From positions 1,426,001 to 1,490,000 of the forward strand of contig CM102290.1 of assembly GCA_046563655.1 (NCBI GenBank): DNA of 64,000 nucleotides, in the 5' to 3' direction. Made by a program: the position numbers and the translations under genes. Positions 25,901-40,900 of this stretch are shown piece by piece (within the stretch, counting starts at the first letter, position 1; every line of letters begins with the position of its first letter). Origin of the DNA: Yuukianura sp. NJ FZ-2021 (Eukaryota). The notes under the pieces were generated by a model. It was not told where the DNA came from and did no database searches. It saw only the letters and a list, made by a program, of their open reading frames with translations.

Positions 25901-28900
25901 CAATCCACAGAAAACTCGCCCTTTGTACTTTGGACAGTCAGCGTCTCACCGTTTCTGTAACCTTGTAAGTAGTGCATTTGAATCGGTAATCCTACATTTT
26001 GTGGACGCTTGGGATCTCGAAGACTCTGGAAATTTTGAAAAGTTTAAAAGTTTTTTGGCGTTGAAGAAAGTGAATTTTTTGTTCTGAAACTTTCTAAAAT
26101 TGAGCGAATGTGAATGATAAGACTTCTTTTTTCTAAAATAAAGTTTTGTGCAGGGCTTACTTTCGTTCCAAAGTCAATGATAAGTGTATTATGACCCGAG
26201 GTTACGATGATGTTGGCCTTAGAAAGTCTGTCACTCACTTCACGGTAGTCAATGGAAATGCTAAAGTTTCCTTCAACTAAATCCCCCGCCAGAAGATAGA
26301 CGGACGAACCGCTGCTGAAATTGTAACTTTTCCCATCGAACGTAAAGAAGTGGTTGGAGTCGGCGACGAGGGCGTGACCTGTTTGGTAAACTCCGACTTG
26401 GTTCAAGCGCTCGATAATAGTCTTCTTTTTTTTTTTAAAAAAAGTTTTTGTTTTAAAATTTTACCGTCGAATGGTGGATACCAACTCATACTTTCACCGT
26501 TCCTGGACTGGTACACTGCATCGAAAACAGAAGAGCTAGATGACTGAAACAGTTCCTTTAGTTTCAAAACTCCTTGATACTCTGGCAATTCCTGCAAAAA
26601 AAAAATCAAAATCCGCTTGCTCCTGTTTTCAAATTGAGGTAGATGTTTTTTTAATTCCTAAAACTTTGGATTTTTATACAGTGAATCGTGGTGGAACGTT
26701 GAAGGCACTCCAGGGCATTGGAAGTTTTTGTTCCCAGTCGACGATGCCTTTGTCTGCGTCAAAGATGAATTTGGTCTTAGCTTGTTCATATTTGGCGTTT
26801 GCTTCCAGTACAGTTTGGCGCATAAGTTCCGGTCCTTTTTCGTACAGCCTCAGACTAGCATGTCGCATGAACTCTCCGATACGCGTGTACTCTGCTACTG
26901 TTTGAATCTAATTCAAAGTTTTTTGAAATGTTATTCTTCGGAATAATTTAAGCAATAGCGACATTTCAAAAACCAAAGTCATACAGTAGTTGAGAATTCA
27001 TCGATTGACCTTCTCAGGTCTTTGATAATGCTTAGCTCCTGGAACTCTGACCAAAGTGATTCCACTTGCTCGCAAATTTTTTCAAAGTACTTTTCTAGAA
27101 AAACAAAAAATAAGGTATGGTAGTTAAACTTGGTAACTAAATATTACGACACATTTTTTCTGAGTTTGAAAGAAAATCTTCTTTACTAAGTTGATCAAAA
27201 TTTGTTTTCTTTTGGATGAAGTTGATGAACATGGCATGGTACTTGGAAGTATTTGCAGAAAAGTCTTCCTGAAGTAAATCTCTATACAGTTGATCGATGT
27301 CTTGTGCCAATTGGGCCAAATTCTGGTAATATGTGGATTTAACAACTTCATCTCTCGTTTCATAAATAAAATCTAGGCAAATCCAAACAAATTAAAAAGA
27401 AAATTCATCGAACACCATTAATAACTCATTGAGAAAACACATTAAAATGAAATCCTGTGAAACAACAATGCATAGTATTTTATGAATTAACTTCAAAATG
27501 ATCTGTGTTTAAAAATTACCGGAAAATCCCAGAAGCATTTGGTAGAGCCATACTTCCATCCTGTGGACGAAAGCAGCAATCGTTGGTCTGTGTTTGTTCA
27601 GAAGTTCATGAAACAAAGGACCAGCCGAGCTCATCCAATCGCTGAACTGGTCGGAAACTGCTTCACAAATACCAATTCCAAATTCCACTACCTGCAGTTT
27701 TTATATTTTTAAATGAAAATAATTTGCAAATTACTTTACTCAACTATTTCTTTGAAGGTATTGGAAACAATTTTTAAATTTAATACTACGGGAATTATTT
27801 TTACTAAATTCGAATTTACTTACTTGATAAGCCGCTTCTGAAAGGATTTCTCCCAAGTGCGGAAACGGGAATGTGATTGTTGAAGCGAAGTCAGAGGAAC
27901 GCGGTCGGTACGTTTCCCACACTTTTGTTATGGTTCTATACTGATCCTGGGCCTTTATTATAAGTAATCATAAATCAATTTCCAAGATTCTTTTAACACG
28001 AACACTTTTTAATAGGTACTTTCAATTGAATTTTGAATATTATTCGACCAATTTTTTAAAAAAAAAAGTGTGATTTTGTTACCTTTTCCAGAATCCACAA
28101 TAGACAGTTTTCAAAGTGTTCTGTCATGCTCGTCTCTCCTAAAATTTGTGCTCTGTACTCACGCAGGTTAATGAAGACGTTAGAAAATCTTTTGGAAAAA
28201 CAATAGAAATAGTAATTACGACAATAATAGTTGAATCGGAAGCTATCGACTGCTAACATCAATTGGGACTTGAAATATTGGAAATTGTTTTCCAGTTGAA
28301 CTGTAGTTATTTCGAAGCAAATAGATATTTTAGAAATTCATTCCGACTCATTTATGTTTTTTTTCAGAGTATTAATGATTCTAATAATTCTACTTTTATA
28401 CATCCCCTCGGTTTGGTTACAAATCTACAGCCGTGAGGTTTGAAAGTGGAGCATTTGAAAAAGTACAGGTACTTTAGAGTGGAAAAGCTGGAAAATCTTC
28501 TCTCTTTTTTTCGACAAACGGAAACTTTTCCAACTGCATTTGCCGGACGGAGGGCAAAGAAATAAAACGAACGTTACCTGACTGAGACTTGATCCGCAAA
28601 GATTTGGGCCAAACCCATCATATCATCCAAGTAAAAGTCATTTTGGTCCAAAGCATTATCAAAGTAGTCTGACAAAGCTTCAGCATCTTTTCCAAAGTCA
28701 GCTTGCTCTCTGTATAATTCCAAAAGACAAAATATCAATTAATACAGACCTTTTGCAGCCTTTCGTAGATGCGAATCCGGAAATACCATTTTTCCTATTT
28801 TAAAATAGGTGTGAAGAAACATTTGAAAAAAATTTCTCTCCAAAAGTCTACTGTTTGTGCTTTCAAATGTTTTTTTTTGCTACTATATGAGTGAATCGTG

Positions 28901-31900
28901 TATTGAAAATGGTTAGATCCGCTGAGGGTGAAAGTTGTTCAGACGATGGAAAATGGTAGGTTATTCTGTTTGCTTGAACTGTCATGGTTTGTTTGTCTGT
29001 TTGTTGTGACTGAAGAAAGTGAAGGTTAGGTAATGATACCTAATCCAATCCAGTGGAAAGTGAAAGTGAACGTGAAAGCTAAAAAGAGGAAGTTACCTTA
29101 TTTCCTCGATGAAGGGCTCAATTGTGGTTTTGGCATTTTCCCACACTTGGTTGTAAATTTGGGCCGAGTCAGTCCAGAGGCTCAAAAGTAATTTGTCGGT
29201 TTGATGACTCCAAATCTCCTTTAAATCTTCAATTCTGTTCACATAGGACGCCTGTTGAAGAGACATTCATTACAGTCATGTATAAAAGTAGTTTGCCAGT
29301 GTCAGTAACACCTAGGTCAACTTTGACATTACTGTGACCTTGTGAGGCCAAAGTCCAGAACTTACTTGGAGTTCATTCAGAAGTTCTGGTCTCCAAATCA
29401 ATTTTGATGTTACAAGTCTCGAATGATTCATTCGTAAGAAAAAGTTTACGTCTGAGAAGCGAAAGTTGTCGTAGGATTCGAAGATGTCAAACTTGACATT
29501 TCGCGAGTCCAGAACACCGCCTTCACCATGAAGCCCTTTTGACCCGTCTGGAAGTTACAAAAAAAAAAAAAACAGGAGAGGATGAGGCACGTCCCAGTGA
29601 AAAAAAATTCCCGAAGTTAAATAAAATATTTTTGAAAAACAAGTTTCTAGGATAAGTAACATTACGAAGAATCTTATAGTTTCTGTAGAAAGTTTTGAAC
29701 TCCCTGGAAGCTTGTCTTCTTCTAACCTTTGCCATGAACTGCATTGAATCTAATGTACGGTTGGTTCTTGTCTAACGTCATTTCCACCTTTGGAGAAGGA
29801 TTGTAGCCTGTAATGTTTGTGTCAGCCACAAAATGGAAGATTCCATCACGATCTTGAATTTGACAAGTGAGGTCAAACTGTTCGTCGGGATTAGCTAGCT
29901 ACAAAAGTTAAAAAAAATGAATCAATTTGCTAAAAGGTCACGAGGTCAAAGTGCAACACTAAGCAGAAACTGATTATTTTCTAATTGTTTATCAACTTCA
30001 TTTGAAGAAGGGAGAGAATGTAATTGGATAAAGACGAGAAAGTTGTTGAGCATCAATTGGAGCTAAGGGGATTAGACCCAGTAAAAGTCCAATCGAGAGA
30101 GAAAGTAAGTCGGACTTTGTACAGTATGGACCGAAAGTTTCGTTGTGATTAAATAGTTACTGTACGACGTTAGGAAAGCGGTAGATGTTCTATTTTTTAA
30201 AAGTAAAATTCATGTGTTTTCAAGTTCCCATCTTTTCTAAAATGTTCGGAAAAAAGTGTTCTCAAAAATATTAAAATGTTTTGAAAACTATTGAAAAAGG
30301 TAAATTTAGCATCAGCATTGAAATCTGGAGAAAGCTGCAAATGGAAAATTGTGAACGGATCTGTGCAGTGTATGAGGTAGTTGGGTGTAGTGTGTGGCTA
30401 TGGATTTTGAAATGGGCTAGAGGCGTACCATTAGCTGAAGTTTCTTAAGTTGTTTAAATAATTCAAAGGTGATCTTGGATTCTCTGGAAAGTTTTCCACT
30501 GTTTTTGAAGTCTATCAGAGTGATAATCGATAGCTCGTGGGGTAAATGCCGATTGGAGTGAAATGCCTTTAGATCCAAACTGAAAAGAAGACGAAAAAAT
30601 ATTTGAGTGCGACTAGTGCTATAGAAAGTTGTTAAACGTGAAGAAGGTCGCAAAAGTCTTGGCGGGAGAAAGTTGTGGAGGGATGAAGGCACCATGTAGA
30701 AAATATTCTGGAGCAGAAAACCATGGCAGAGCGGAAGACCGTGAGAGTGAAGCTCATATGGAGAGGACGTGGAACGTTTGTAAACTAAAGTGGAGAAGGT
30801 GGTAGATTAATGAATAAGTCATGCTCACTTTGTCACAGCGTGCTGCAGTCTCAGGTCCGATGTCAAGTTCCAGAAGTAACTTCCTTCTAGCCGTGGAATC
30901 GCTTTGACTCCAAAGGTCAAGCGTCGTTTGGGGTCACCTGAGTAATCCAACGAAAACTTACCCTCCACGGCATTTCCACTCGTCACTCGCAGTTCACCGC
31001 CGCCGCGAACGTCCTGCACAAAAATTCCTAAATTACTAATGCCATTTTCACTCCGCTTGCCTGTCTTGAGAAAGCGTAACCTTGACTTGGCAACTGCAGA
31101 ATCATATACAGGAAAGTTTCTAACTTAGAAACTGGGCAAAATACAAATCGAATGGCAATTGTAAAAGCGGGGTTAGAAAATTTCCTTCCTCTGTAGTCCT
31201 ATTGTCATTGCAAAATGTACCCAATTGCAAACTTCGTGGATTTCGCAATGATATTAGGACCACAAAGCAAGGAAATTTTCTACGCCCGCTTTAACAATTG
31301 GCATTTCTTTTGTATTTTGCCCAGTTTCTGAGTTGACTTTTCTGTATTTCACAAAATCTATTTTATGTTTAAAAACGGAATCGATGCTCCCCGAACCAGT
31401 TTTGTCCAGGCTTTTGCTAATTTGTGCGTAATGTTAGCAGCATAATCATTTCACCTGAGGCAGTAACGGATGTTTGATGATGGCTGAGACTTTGCGAATG
31501 GTGTTGACTGAGTTCTGTTCAATGTCCCAGTTGACAATCCCTTTGAGCCCTCTCTGGTCCGTGTTCGTGGCATTTAAATCCAGCTCTGTCCAAACCTGTC
31601 CACTTCCAGAAGGCTTCTCCAGAACATAGCCACTGGAGAACCTAATCACCCTCGCTGGGTAATGGACCCTCAGTTCCATTTTCTGTTCCAATTTCCGCTC
31701 CTGTAAAATTTCAATTCCAATTTGAAATTAAACGAAGTTCTTAGCCACTCGTTCCATTATTTTGCAATTCGTCGAGCACTGGATCATTTAGATGTCAAAA
31801 TGGATTTTGTCATTTTAAATTGTTACCGTACTTCTAAAAATAAATTACCACACTTAAGTCCTGTAGACGAATTTCATATCCCAATAGAGACCCTTGGGCC

Positions 31901-34900
31901 CAACTAAAAGACACGTTTTGCCTAAATTCTCCAGCGGCGATTTCGTATTTTGTGCTAATAGAAACGTTACGTAACGGATGTAGACCTGCAAAAACAGGTA
32001 AAAAAACTGTCATTTTTAATTTTTCAAAAATTATACGAGACGCAAATTTGCCATTTCATTCCTGACAAAAATTCAAAGCGAAGTGAATACTTTCCCTCGA
32101 AGTATTTTACGATTTTTTTTCCAATCTCAAATTTTGAAGCCGTATTTGCCGAAAATTTATAGTAGTGGGAAATGTTCAAATGGTGTTTTCGGAAATTGTA
32201 AATACTATAGTAGGAAGGGATGGATGATGGATCGACTAGGGAGTGAATGGTGTAAGTGAAAATATGCAATTCAAATGGAAGTAATGGAGAGAGATATGAA
32301 TGGAATCATTTTCGCTTGTTCCGCTATTCATCTTGTGAAGTTGGATGATAGATCAGATGCATGATCTCATTACATGCAGAACTGTTTTCCTATTCCACAC
32401 CACCCTCTACTAATTTCCCCACTTTCACTATGCCCAAACCCAGGCAATGGAAAAACTAACTTCCAAGTCTAGTTGATTCCATTCCAACTTGCACACTCTT
32501 CCTAAAGCCCCGTAACGCAGGAGAAAGTGGAAGGTAGCCTAACTTTTAGGAAATCCTCCAGAGTCTAACGCATTATTCAGGACTGGAAACGCACGGTTTC
32601 TCCAGAAGTAACTTTGGATGTGACGTACCCGTTAATGTAATTTCACGGCCATTGAAAGTTCGCACAGTCCTCAGCTCACCGCCCAATTTATGCAGATCCG
32701 AATGCACCAGGTCGAATACTTCCACCAACTGCACTGTCTGCAATCAAACACACAGTCTCCTTCATGAAAGATACAAATCCAACTTTTCCAGTTTTTAGCT
32801 TCGACAGTTTCAACTATCACGTTCATTGTCAAAACTGCAACTTTCACCGGAGAATCCACAAATTTTCTCTAGTTAGTTCAAAATTTCAAAAAGTAAAAAA
32901 AAAAAAGAAACCTACTGTTTCAGGGTAAACATTGGGAGTTCCTGCGTATTCATGAAGATATCGTGTTGTGACTCCAAAAGGCCAGAACTGATTTCCAAAC
33001 CGAAACTGTGATACGTCGTGTCTGTCCCTCGCTCCACCTCTGGTTTGATACTTGTAGGTGGAATCAATATGTTCAACATTGTTTAGAATCATTTTGAACA
33101 ATCCCGTGACATCGCTTTGCTTGACCTAACATACGAAATGGTCAGGATTATCATTAGGTTACATAATACGTAAATTATAAAAATTTAGAATTAAAATTGT
33201 ACCAAGGAGTAGTACTCTGCTTTTCCAGATTCGAATTGTCCCAATTCCACATTAAGTTCTACTGAGCCGTTGACCTGTACTGACCCAGCGACAGGCTCTT
33301 GCACCCACCAATGACTTTCGAATGAACCGTTACGAGCTCCGATGTTGCCGCCAAGTTTTCCGTGTATGCCATCACTTTAAAAAAATTTACAGTTAATGTA
33401 GAATGAATGCATAGAAAACTGGTGAGAAATGCTGGCATTGATGATTGCTCAAAAGGGATACAAAATTAGGAAAGTTGTTATGAGAGTTCCACGTATAGAG
33501 CATTTTTTCTTGAAAGTAAGCTTTGTTAGTTTTTTTTTGTAGAATTGAGTTTTATTACATTATGAATGAATCTTACTGGTGTTTTCCTTGGATGTAGATT
33601 TTCGAAGACGGGATGTCGTCATAAGGTGACTCTACTGTGAGCATCAAGTTCGCATACTTGGCCTCGGGTTCAGTCCAATGGCCACTGAGGTGAAGATCAA
33701 CAAGTAGAGGTTTGTGGGCTCCAATTCGCTTTCCCTGGATCCTACATCCAGAAGAAGCCCTTGTCACATTTTTTGTAATTAGAAAATTACAGTTATTTCA
33801 CCAAAGGAGGAAGCGTAGGCGGAAATTGTTAATCTACTTTCTAAAGCAGTCAACGTCCAAAGTTCTCAAAACACTTTGGACACAACTTGTGTAAAGCCTG
33901 AAAACTACTTTGGACAACTAGAAGTTGAAGCCGGAGTTCACCTAATGTTGTGTCGATGGGGGTTGTTCTGAAATGTTGCATCAATAGAGCCAATGGTCTC
34001 TTGTGGATTTTGAGCTGTTGGAACGAAAACTTCGGCCTGTAGGCGTTCCAAACCCAAAGTGGCTGGAGAGTAGGTACAATTAAATTTGGATTGGGCTGAA
34101 GTGTCACCCCATTCAAAATCCAACTTCCCATTTAATGAGTTCTTTCTCCGCTCAACCTGAACAAATGAAATCTCTAATTGAGCATTCAGTCCTTGACATG
34201 ACATAGGAAAAACAAGCACTCCTAATTCAAATTGAACTTTGACATTTACTACCTCCAAAGTTGATGTTGCAACTTCTGTAGAAGGAAGTGCAGTGAGTGT
34301 CATTTTGGAAGTGACGGAGCGTAGACCCGCGTCAAAATTTGAATTCAAATGGAGACTATGTGCGATTGTAGGGAGTGTCGAGGTCAAGTTGATGGTCAAA
34401 CGGCGTGCATTTGGAGAGTTGCCGTCTTGGATGTTGACTAGGGCGCTACTTCCGAGTCTATAAGGGAAATGGTTTTGTGTTTAAGCAAACATTGGCTTGA
34501 GAAAACGACGCCTAAAGTTTCCTTAAAGTCGCAAACTTACCTAAATTGGGGCACGAGCGTCTCGTAGTAAATTGAGGAATCAACTTTCTCAAAAACCTCA
34601 AAGTTTGGAATAAAATTTCGAATTTTGAATTTAAAAAAGTTCGAGGTTGGGATTGATGACAGAGAATAAATGCCCAGAGTGTGAGAGTACTTGGAATCAG
34701 ATTGGATTTCAAATCGGTTCCAGCTTGACAATGTCCAAAAAGTCTTCAAATCCATATTTGCATTTGGACAAGCACCGGAAACTCTAAATCCACTAATGGC
34801 AAGTGGAGATTGAGCAGCCATTCTAAAACCAAACAGTTCAAAATAAAAAAAAGTTCGTCCCGACAAACACAAACTTTCACGCAACGCATTTCCTTTCGTA

Positions 34901-37900
34901 TTTTTTCTCAAGCAGGCATTTACATAATTTTGAAAAATAATACAAATAAACGTTCTCGAGTATTAAAATTGGAGTTTTAAATTTTTAAACAAAACTGACT
35001 TACCTGATTGTAACTTTCCCTTTGAAAGGTGAGAACTGAGACCACGGCGTGTCCGCATTGAGGAGAAAGTTGACACTTTCACTTTCTATTTCTTTGGCGT
35101 CATAGTCTTCTTCGTTAACATCTTCATCATGATCATCCTCATCTTCATCTTCAACATCCTTCAGCTTTTTAAGGCCCAACTTCCAGTTCTCATAGCCCTT
35201 GAAGGGAGTAGTGACCTGTGGTAGAAAAATGGTTGAGAACAAGCGAAATTTAATTTCAATTTATGTCACTCATTGGAAATCTACTTTTGGAAAAATTAAG
35301 TTTGCTAATTTTCGAAGACGTAGAAGTCATAATGACTCGGAAGAAATGAAGATGGCTTGGAGGGAGATCTTACTTTGAGATCTAATGCTGTAAATTCCAT
35401 CGTCTGCTGAAGTCGGTTGAGACGGAGGCCAAAGGAAACCTTTTCATTTCTCCAGTGGATTTGGCCATTTGCATTCAGTTCATCTGGTGTGCCTCTCATC
35501 AGAACACCGAAATTACCTTGTTCCTCTTCCAATGTGGTCCTAATGGTTCCGTTTACCTAAATTTCACCAAAATTACTTTCTCTTCAACCCTAGTTCAGGC
35601 ACAGTCGAAAAGGCACTTAATAACAATCACAAAAGAGGCAGTTTCACTTTTGTCTTTGAAATGCTGCTTTGGGTGATATGAAACCTAGAGGAAATGAGTT
35701 AAGTGGTGCGAAAAAAAAAATGTTCTTGATGTAACTAAGATAAAAGCAAAAGTAAAAAATTGAAACAAACCATTTTTGGAAAATTGTTCTCCATTGTCGA
35801 TTCTGCCTCTACTTTAAAAATTTCCTCGTCATCTATCGTGGTGGAAATTGTAGTTTCATAAATATTTTCATCGGAGTCCACCCTAAGTGCACTTGCTGCT
35901 TCAAAATCAATTGCCCTAGCGGATAATTAAGCAATAAAGTACCATTAAAATTTTGTTGAGATTAAGAAAACATTATCAAAATTGCAAAAGTTGGACGCAA
36001 AATAAGAAAGAAAAGAACGGATGTTTACTTGTATCCTTCAAAAGGCGTGTTCAGAACAATTCCAACACTAAGTGGACCTCTAACGATGTTTGTTGCCAGT
36101 TTTCCGTACTCGTCTGAAGACAGTTCAAGGTCAAGCGTGTCCATGGAATTGCTTCTGCTGCAAGCATACATCAAGGAAGCATGTTGACCTTCCCAAGAGG
36201 GAAAAGATGTTTGGAGGTCAACTCTTGTGTTCAAATAGTCTGTTCGTTCTTCGTAGGAAGACATCAGATGGATCTAAAAAGTAGAACAAACTTCTGCTTG
36301 GGCCTCAGTTGTTTTAGATTTTTCACAAGTTTCATTTTAGAGAAAGCAAAGTTCTGACCTCTTCGAGTTCTGGCCAATGTGAAATGGCGTCTACACTTAG
36401 TTTCTTCTCTGAACTTTCCATGTCCAGTTTACTTTGAAATTTTAGTGACAGGGGGGATTGAATTTCTGGTAAACTTAGCCCAGCACTCAGAGACTTGCGT
36501 AGAATTTCATTCTGGGAAACAATACAAAGCTGTGTCATCTTCGCTTCACTCTCAAACAAATGCTTTGCTTACACCATTTTGTCGATTTCTACTCAATTGT
36601 TTTTCAGAATTTGTAAAAAAAATGCTTGTTCTAAATTTGTGCTCAATAGCAGTTAATATTACCTGGACGTTGAAGCTCAGCTCTGCAAAATCACTATCGA
36701 ATAAAACCACAATTGTTTTCCATGGGAATTGCGGTACACTGACCGATCCACGTCTTTTGCCATCCTCCTCTTCGTCTTCTTCATCTTCACTTGACCTCTC
36801 CCGGTCAGTGACATCTTGAGGATTACTTGGATTGACCTCCTCTACTTCAAATTTTATAGTTTTCGTCCATTTCCATGGAGTTGAAAAATGGAACAACTGA
36901 CTCATAGGGACAATGACCTTTGACCTCTCCTTATGTACTTCGTCTTCTTCTTCGTCCACTACTTCTGCCTCATCTTCTAAATCCTGCGTCAATGCATCGG
37001 AAAGTGCAGCCTGGTTCCCTCTGCGAATAACCAATGCAACCTGAGAATTTGGAAAAACAAGACTGACATTATCTACTTCCGAACGCTTCATCATCTTAAA
37101 AGGGATCAATTCTCCAATTACAATTCAATTTTTGAATTAAAGCGTTATTTTTTTTTAATTTTAATTATATATATACTATTTAAGTTGATCTGTGAGATAA
37201 TACCTCCTGTTCTTCATCGCTTCTCCATTTGCAATCAAATCCAAAGTTGTACAAGTCGTTTTCCGGAATGATGGCTGGACGGAGATTGATTTCGAATTCG
37301 TACAGAGCTGCATAGGGAGAAGTAATTCTCACTTTCTCATTGAAGCGAAAAGGTCCCTAGAAAACCAAACAGGGAAAACATTGCATTTCAAGACTTCTTT
37401 CACCAAGTTCGCTAATCATGTCTACCTAGTCTACTTTCAATTCAAGTTATGTAAGGTTTGTGGACTTGTGCTAACATTGGTTAATTAGGAAAGGAACCTG
37501 ATGTACAAGTGGAAAATGAGAATTGCATCTCAATGTTAAGAGTTAAAGGGCTCAGTTCTGTCCATATCAACATCAGCAGTTCACTTTTCTCGTTCAGTGA
37601 CTCCTTCAACGACTACTGTGGTGAGGGTGAAGATAGGAAGGACTTTCTCCTTGTTTTGAACTGTTTAAAGCCTTGTCTTTTGTGCTTAGAAACTTACGAG
37701 CAGATTCAGCTCAACTGAAAGATTGATAGGTCCTTCACGTAGAAGGAGGGAGGCATCGGCAGAGTACTTGGACTCCCTTCGTACGAGACTGGAGGAAACC
37801 CTGATTGTTGGGTAGACAACAGTGTCAATCTCCAACTGACACTTCATTACAGCTCCCTCCACATCATCATCTTCCAGCTCCGATTTACTGCCCTCCCATT

Positions 37901-40900
37901 TGTAACCAACCTGAAATAAGAGAAATTATTGTTAACTTGAATTCTAATTCATTTTGGCTACGTCTTTAATTTTAAATAAATTTTTTAGTCTCTGAAATAT
38001 ATGCGTATGGTGCCACTCGAAATTGAGAAATTTTTTTCAAATCCGCAAAATGCTACTCAAAAGTAAGATTGAGCGTATGATAAGGGTAGGGTTTCACGGA
38101 AAGTGAAAGTTGCAGCTCCAGCGTCAATGTAAAGCGGAGTAATTAACTACTAGTTTGAGGTTAACTAGTTAGCAATGTTACGTTTGATCTTTAATCTTTT
38201 TAGTGAGCCTGAATCAAGCGTCTCAACATTTCTTTTGAAATTGGTTCTTAAGTCGTGATCCAGAGAAAAAGGAGGTCGGAGCTAATTTCGTTCCGCGGAG
38301 TCTAAACGGTTGAAATGATGATGGGAATGGGGAAAACTAACTCATTGTTATGAAATTACCAAAAGAGCGTCTACGCGGCAAGGTTTTTGGGTTTTATGAT
38401 GACCTTCCTGGTTGGGCTTTTATGATTATGAGTCCATTAAAGCCATTGTGCCGCTTAACAGTTTTAAAATCCACTAGTACCCACCCTCTTAATTAAGTAC
38501 AAGAAAAGAAAAACGAAACCCACCTCAACTTCGTTGACCCACCCAAAGATGTGGCTGTAGAACTCGTCTGTTCCGTCCAAACTGTGTTTGGCAATGAAGC
38601 CAAGTCGACGCCATGTTGGAAAGGGACTCGTGGCATCAAGTCGTAAGTCAAAATTATCCAGCGTCTCCACAACCCATTCTGACTTGGCTGTGACTCCTTG
38701 GTCGTTGACTAAAAATTTGAATTCTGCCTGGAACATAATTACTATCTGTGAAACCGAGTGGGGACTTAGGTTATAGGGAGGACCTGGACCAATAAGGGCA
38801 ATCAAATTTTGGCGGATTTTTTAAATTATGAAAACCGTTAAGGACGGGGAAAGAAGAAAGCGTGAGATGAAGAGGTATCCTTACCTGTGAGGTATCGATC
38901 TTGGCGAGCGTGTTAATATTCTGGAGAGGTTCCCAGGGGCTGTTCAAGGTAAGGAAAGTCTGGAACTCGTCCCAACTGCCAGTCCATTCAAATCCCGTTT
39001 CCAGTCCTATTAGAACCTTTGGCCATCCTAATTGACATGCTAATCGAGAACTTTCTCCAATGCTGTAGCTCAGGCTTCCAAATATTTTGTCATAGTTGGG
39101 TAGAGGAGTCACGAGGTCAAATCCGAGCGATCCATCTTCTTTGTCAAGCCTCGGAGTCCCTAAAAAAATTTCCTTTTGTACAAAGTTGAATTCAAGGTCA
39201 AATCGGAGATCACGAAAACTGAATCCCCCAATCTAGGCCACGTCGCCGAGAAACTTATAAATTTTTCTGGGTTTTACGCAAAATACAAAGCCAAAGTCAT
39301 TCGAAGTGAAAAATTGGTGTTAAACTTTAAAACTCCTACTTTTCCTAGGATTAAAAGTTAAGTTAGGTTTAATGAAATGTGGAATTGACTTAACTTACCA
39401 GTGATGGTCAGTGAGTACTGGGACTGATCAGTGTAGATTCCAAACGTAGCCAACTTATCCGAATCTTCCTGATGTCCAACCACAGCCTGCAAATCAAAGG
39501 ACTCGTAATTGGGAAATGGCGTCTTGGCCTGAAGGTGGACACGAGTGGACCATATTTCTTTGACTGTCTTCGGAATGTACCATTGGTTCGAAATGCTCAA
39601 CTCCCGTTGTCCTGGCAACTGGAATGGAAAAACCAACCATCACAATCAATTAGTTAATAGCTATTTGCGGAAAGTGAAACCGGAGCTGCTTTAGTAGCAG
39701 CATCCAGTACATCCAAAGACTCAAAAATTGGAAATCGACCTAAGGATTCACAAGATTCTCAGTTCCCGTGTTTCGAAGAACCTATTGGGGTTTATTAGGC
39801 TATTTTCGGGTAAACCTTGCTAAGAGAGAGAAAGTGGGAAGGGGAAGTTGGTTAAGAGCCATGGCGTCCATGAGGATCAAAATGTTCCAAATGGGACCAA
39901 TAACTCAGCGCTGGAACTCAATTCATCCTCATCTCCCTTCGTCTGACGGGGGAAGATGTGGAGAACCCAGTTGCTTTTCAAACTTTTCATCTTTTTCAAA
40001 ATATTTTTGGTCCAAGAAGAAAGTGAGACGGTAGTAAAGTTATCCTAATAGGCTACGGAGCAGGTAATACCTGCATGTCGATGTCGGTCTTAAGATGGAA
40101 GAGATCGTTGTGCGTGTGCTGCATGTTGATGGCCAAGGCCTCCCATCCTTTGAATGTCGTCGTCAGGTTCGAATTGAAACGAAACTTATAGCCAGGCTCT
40201 GGTTGGAGACGGGGACGCGGTGACATGTCGTCGAATCCCTTTGTCTTTCCACTGTCGCCGACAACACCACGTCGTCGACGTGAGAATTCATTCCCTTCCT
40301 CCCCCTCCTCTTCGTCAATGTCATCTGCCTCGTCTTCGTTGGACCCAATTTGTTCTGGAAGGGCTTCCGGGGACGCTGGAAGGACTTCATAGTGAGAGCT
40401 AATGACTCCTGACACTCTGCCCTTGAGTCCCCACAACACGTCAATACTCGTCACACAATCGGATTCCGCATCCACACAATTGAACCTGCATAAAGTCAAG
40501 GTTTTGAGGTCAGAGGTTAACTATTTTAGTTTAGTCTAACTTTTCTGCTGAAAATTATTTCTTTTCCACCAAAAGCGCGTTTCTGAGCAAATGCCGATTA
40601 TTCTTCCTTATATAGCGGGTGCGATATTTCTTGAATCGAGAGAAAAGTTTTGATTTCATAAATTTAAGTTTCCCTGAACTACAAATTATCGATTTAATGA
40701 ACTAGAAGCTTGAATTTGAAAAGAAATTCAAGTCCAAAAAAGAATTTCATCGAGTATACTTAATAGACTTAAAAATTACTAATAAATTAAACCTCTGCTA
40801 CGAAGCCCTAACTGCCTCTGCTAAAAATTAGCTATCGAAATCTTGCAGAACTAAAAGGGCTCATGCATCATGCTGTGGGGGGTGAAAAAAAGTTGAACTT

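Noticed and set aside
35640..35690. Possible extra small Apoltp exon
   Set aside because: The flanking exons join in phase without it, and reading on from its acceptor hits a stop.
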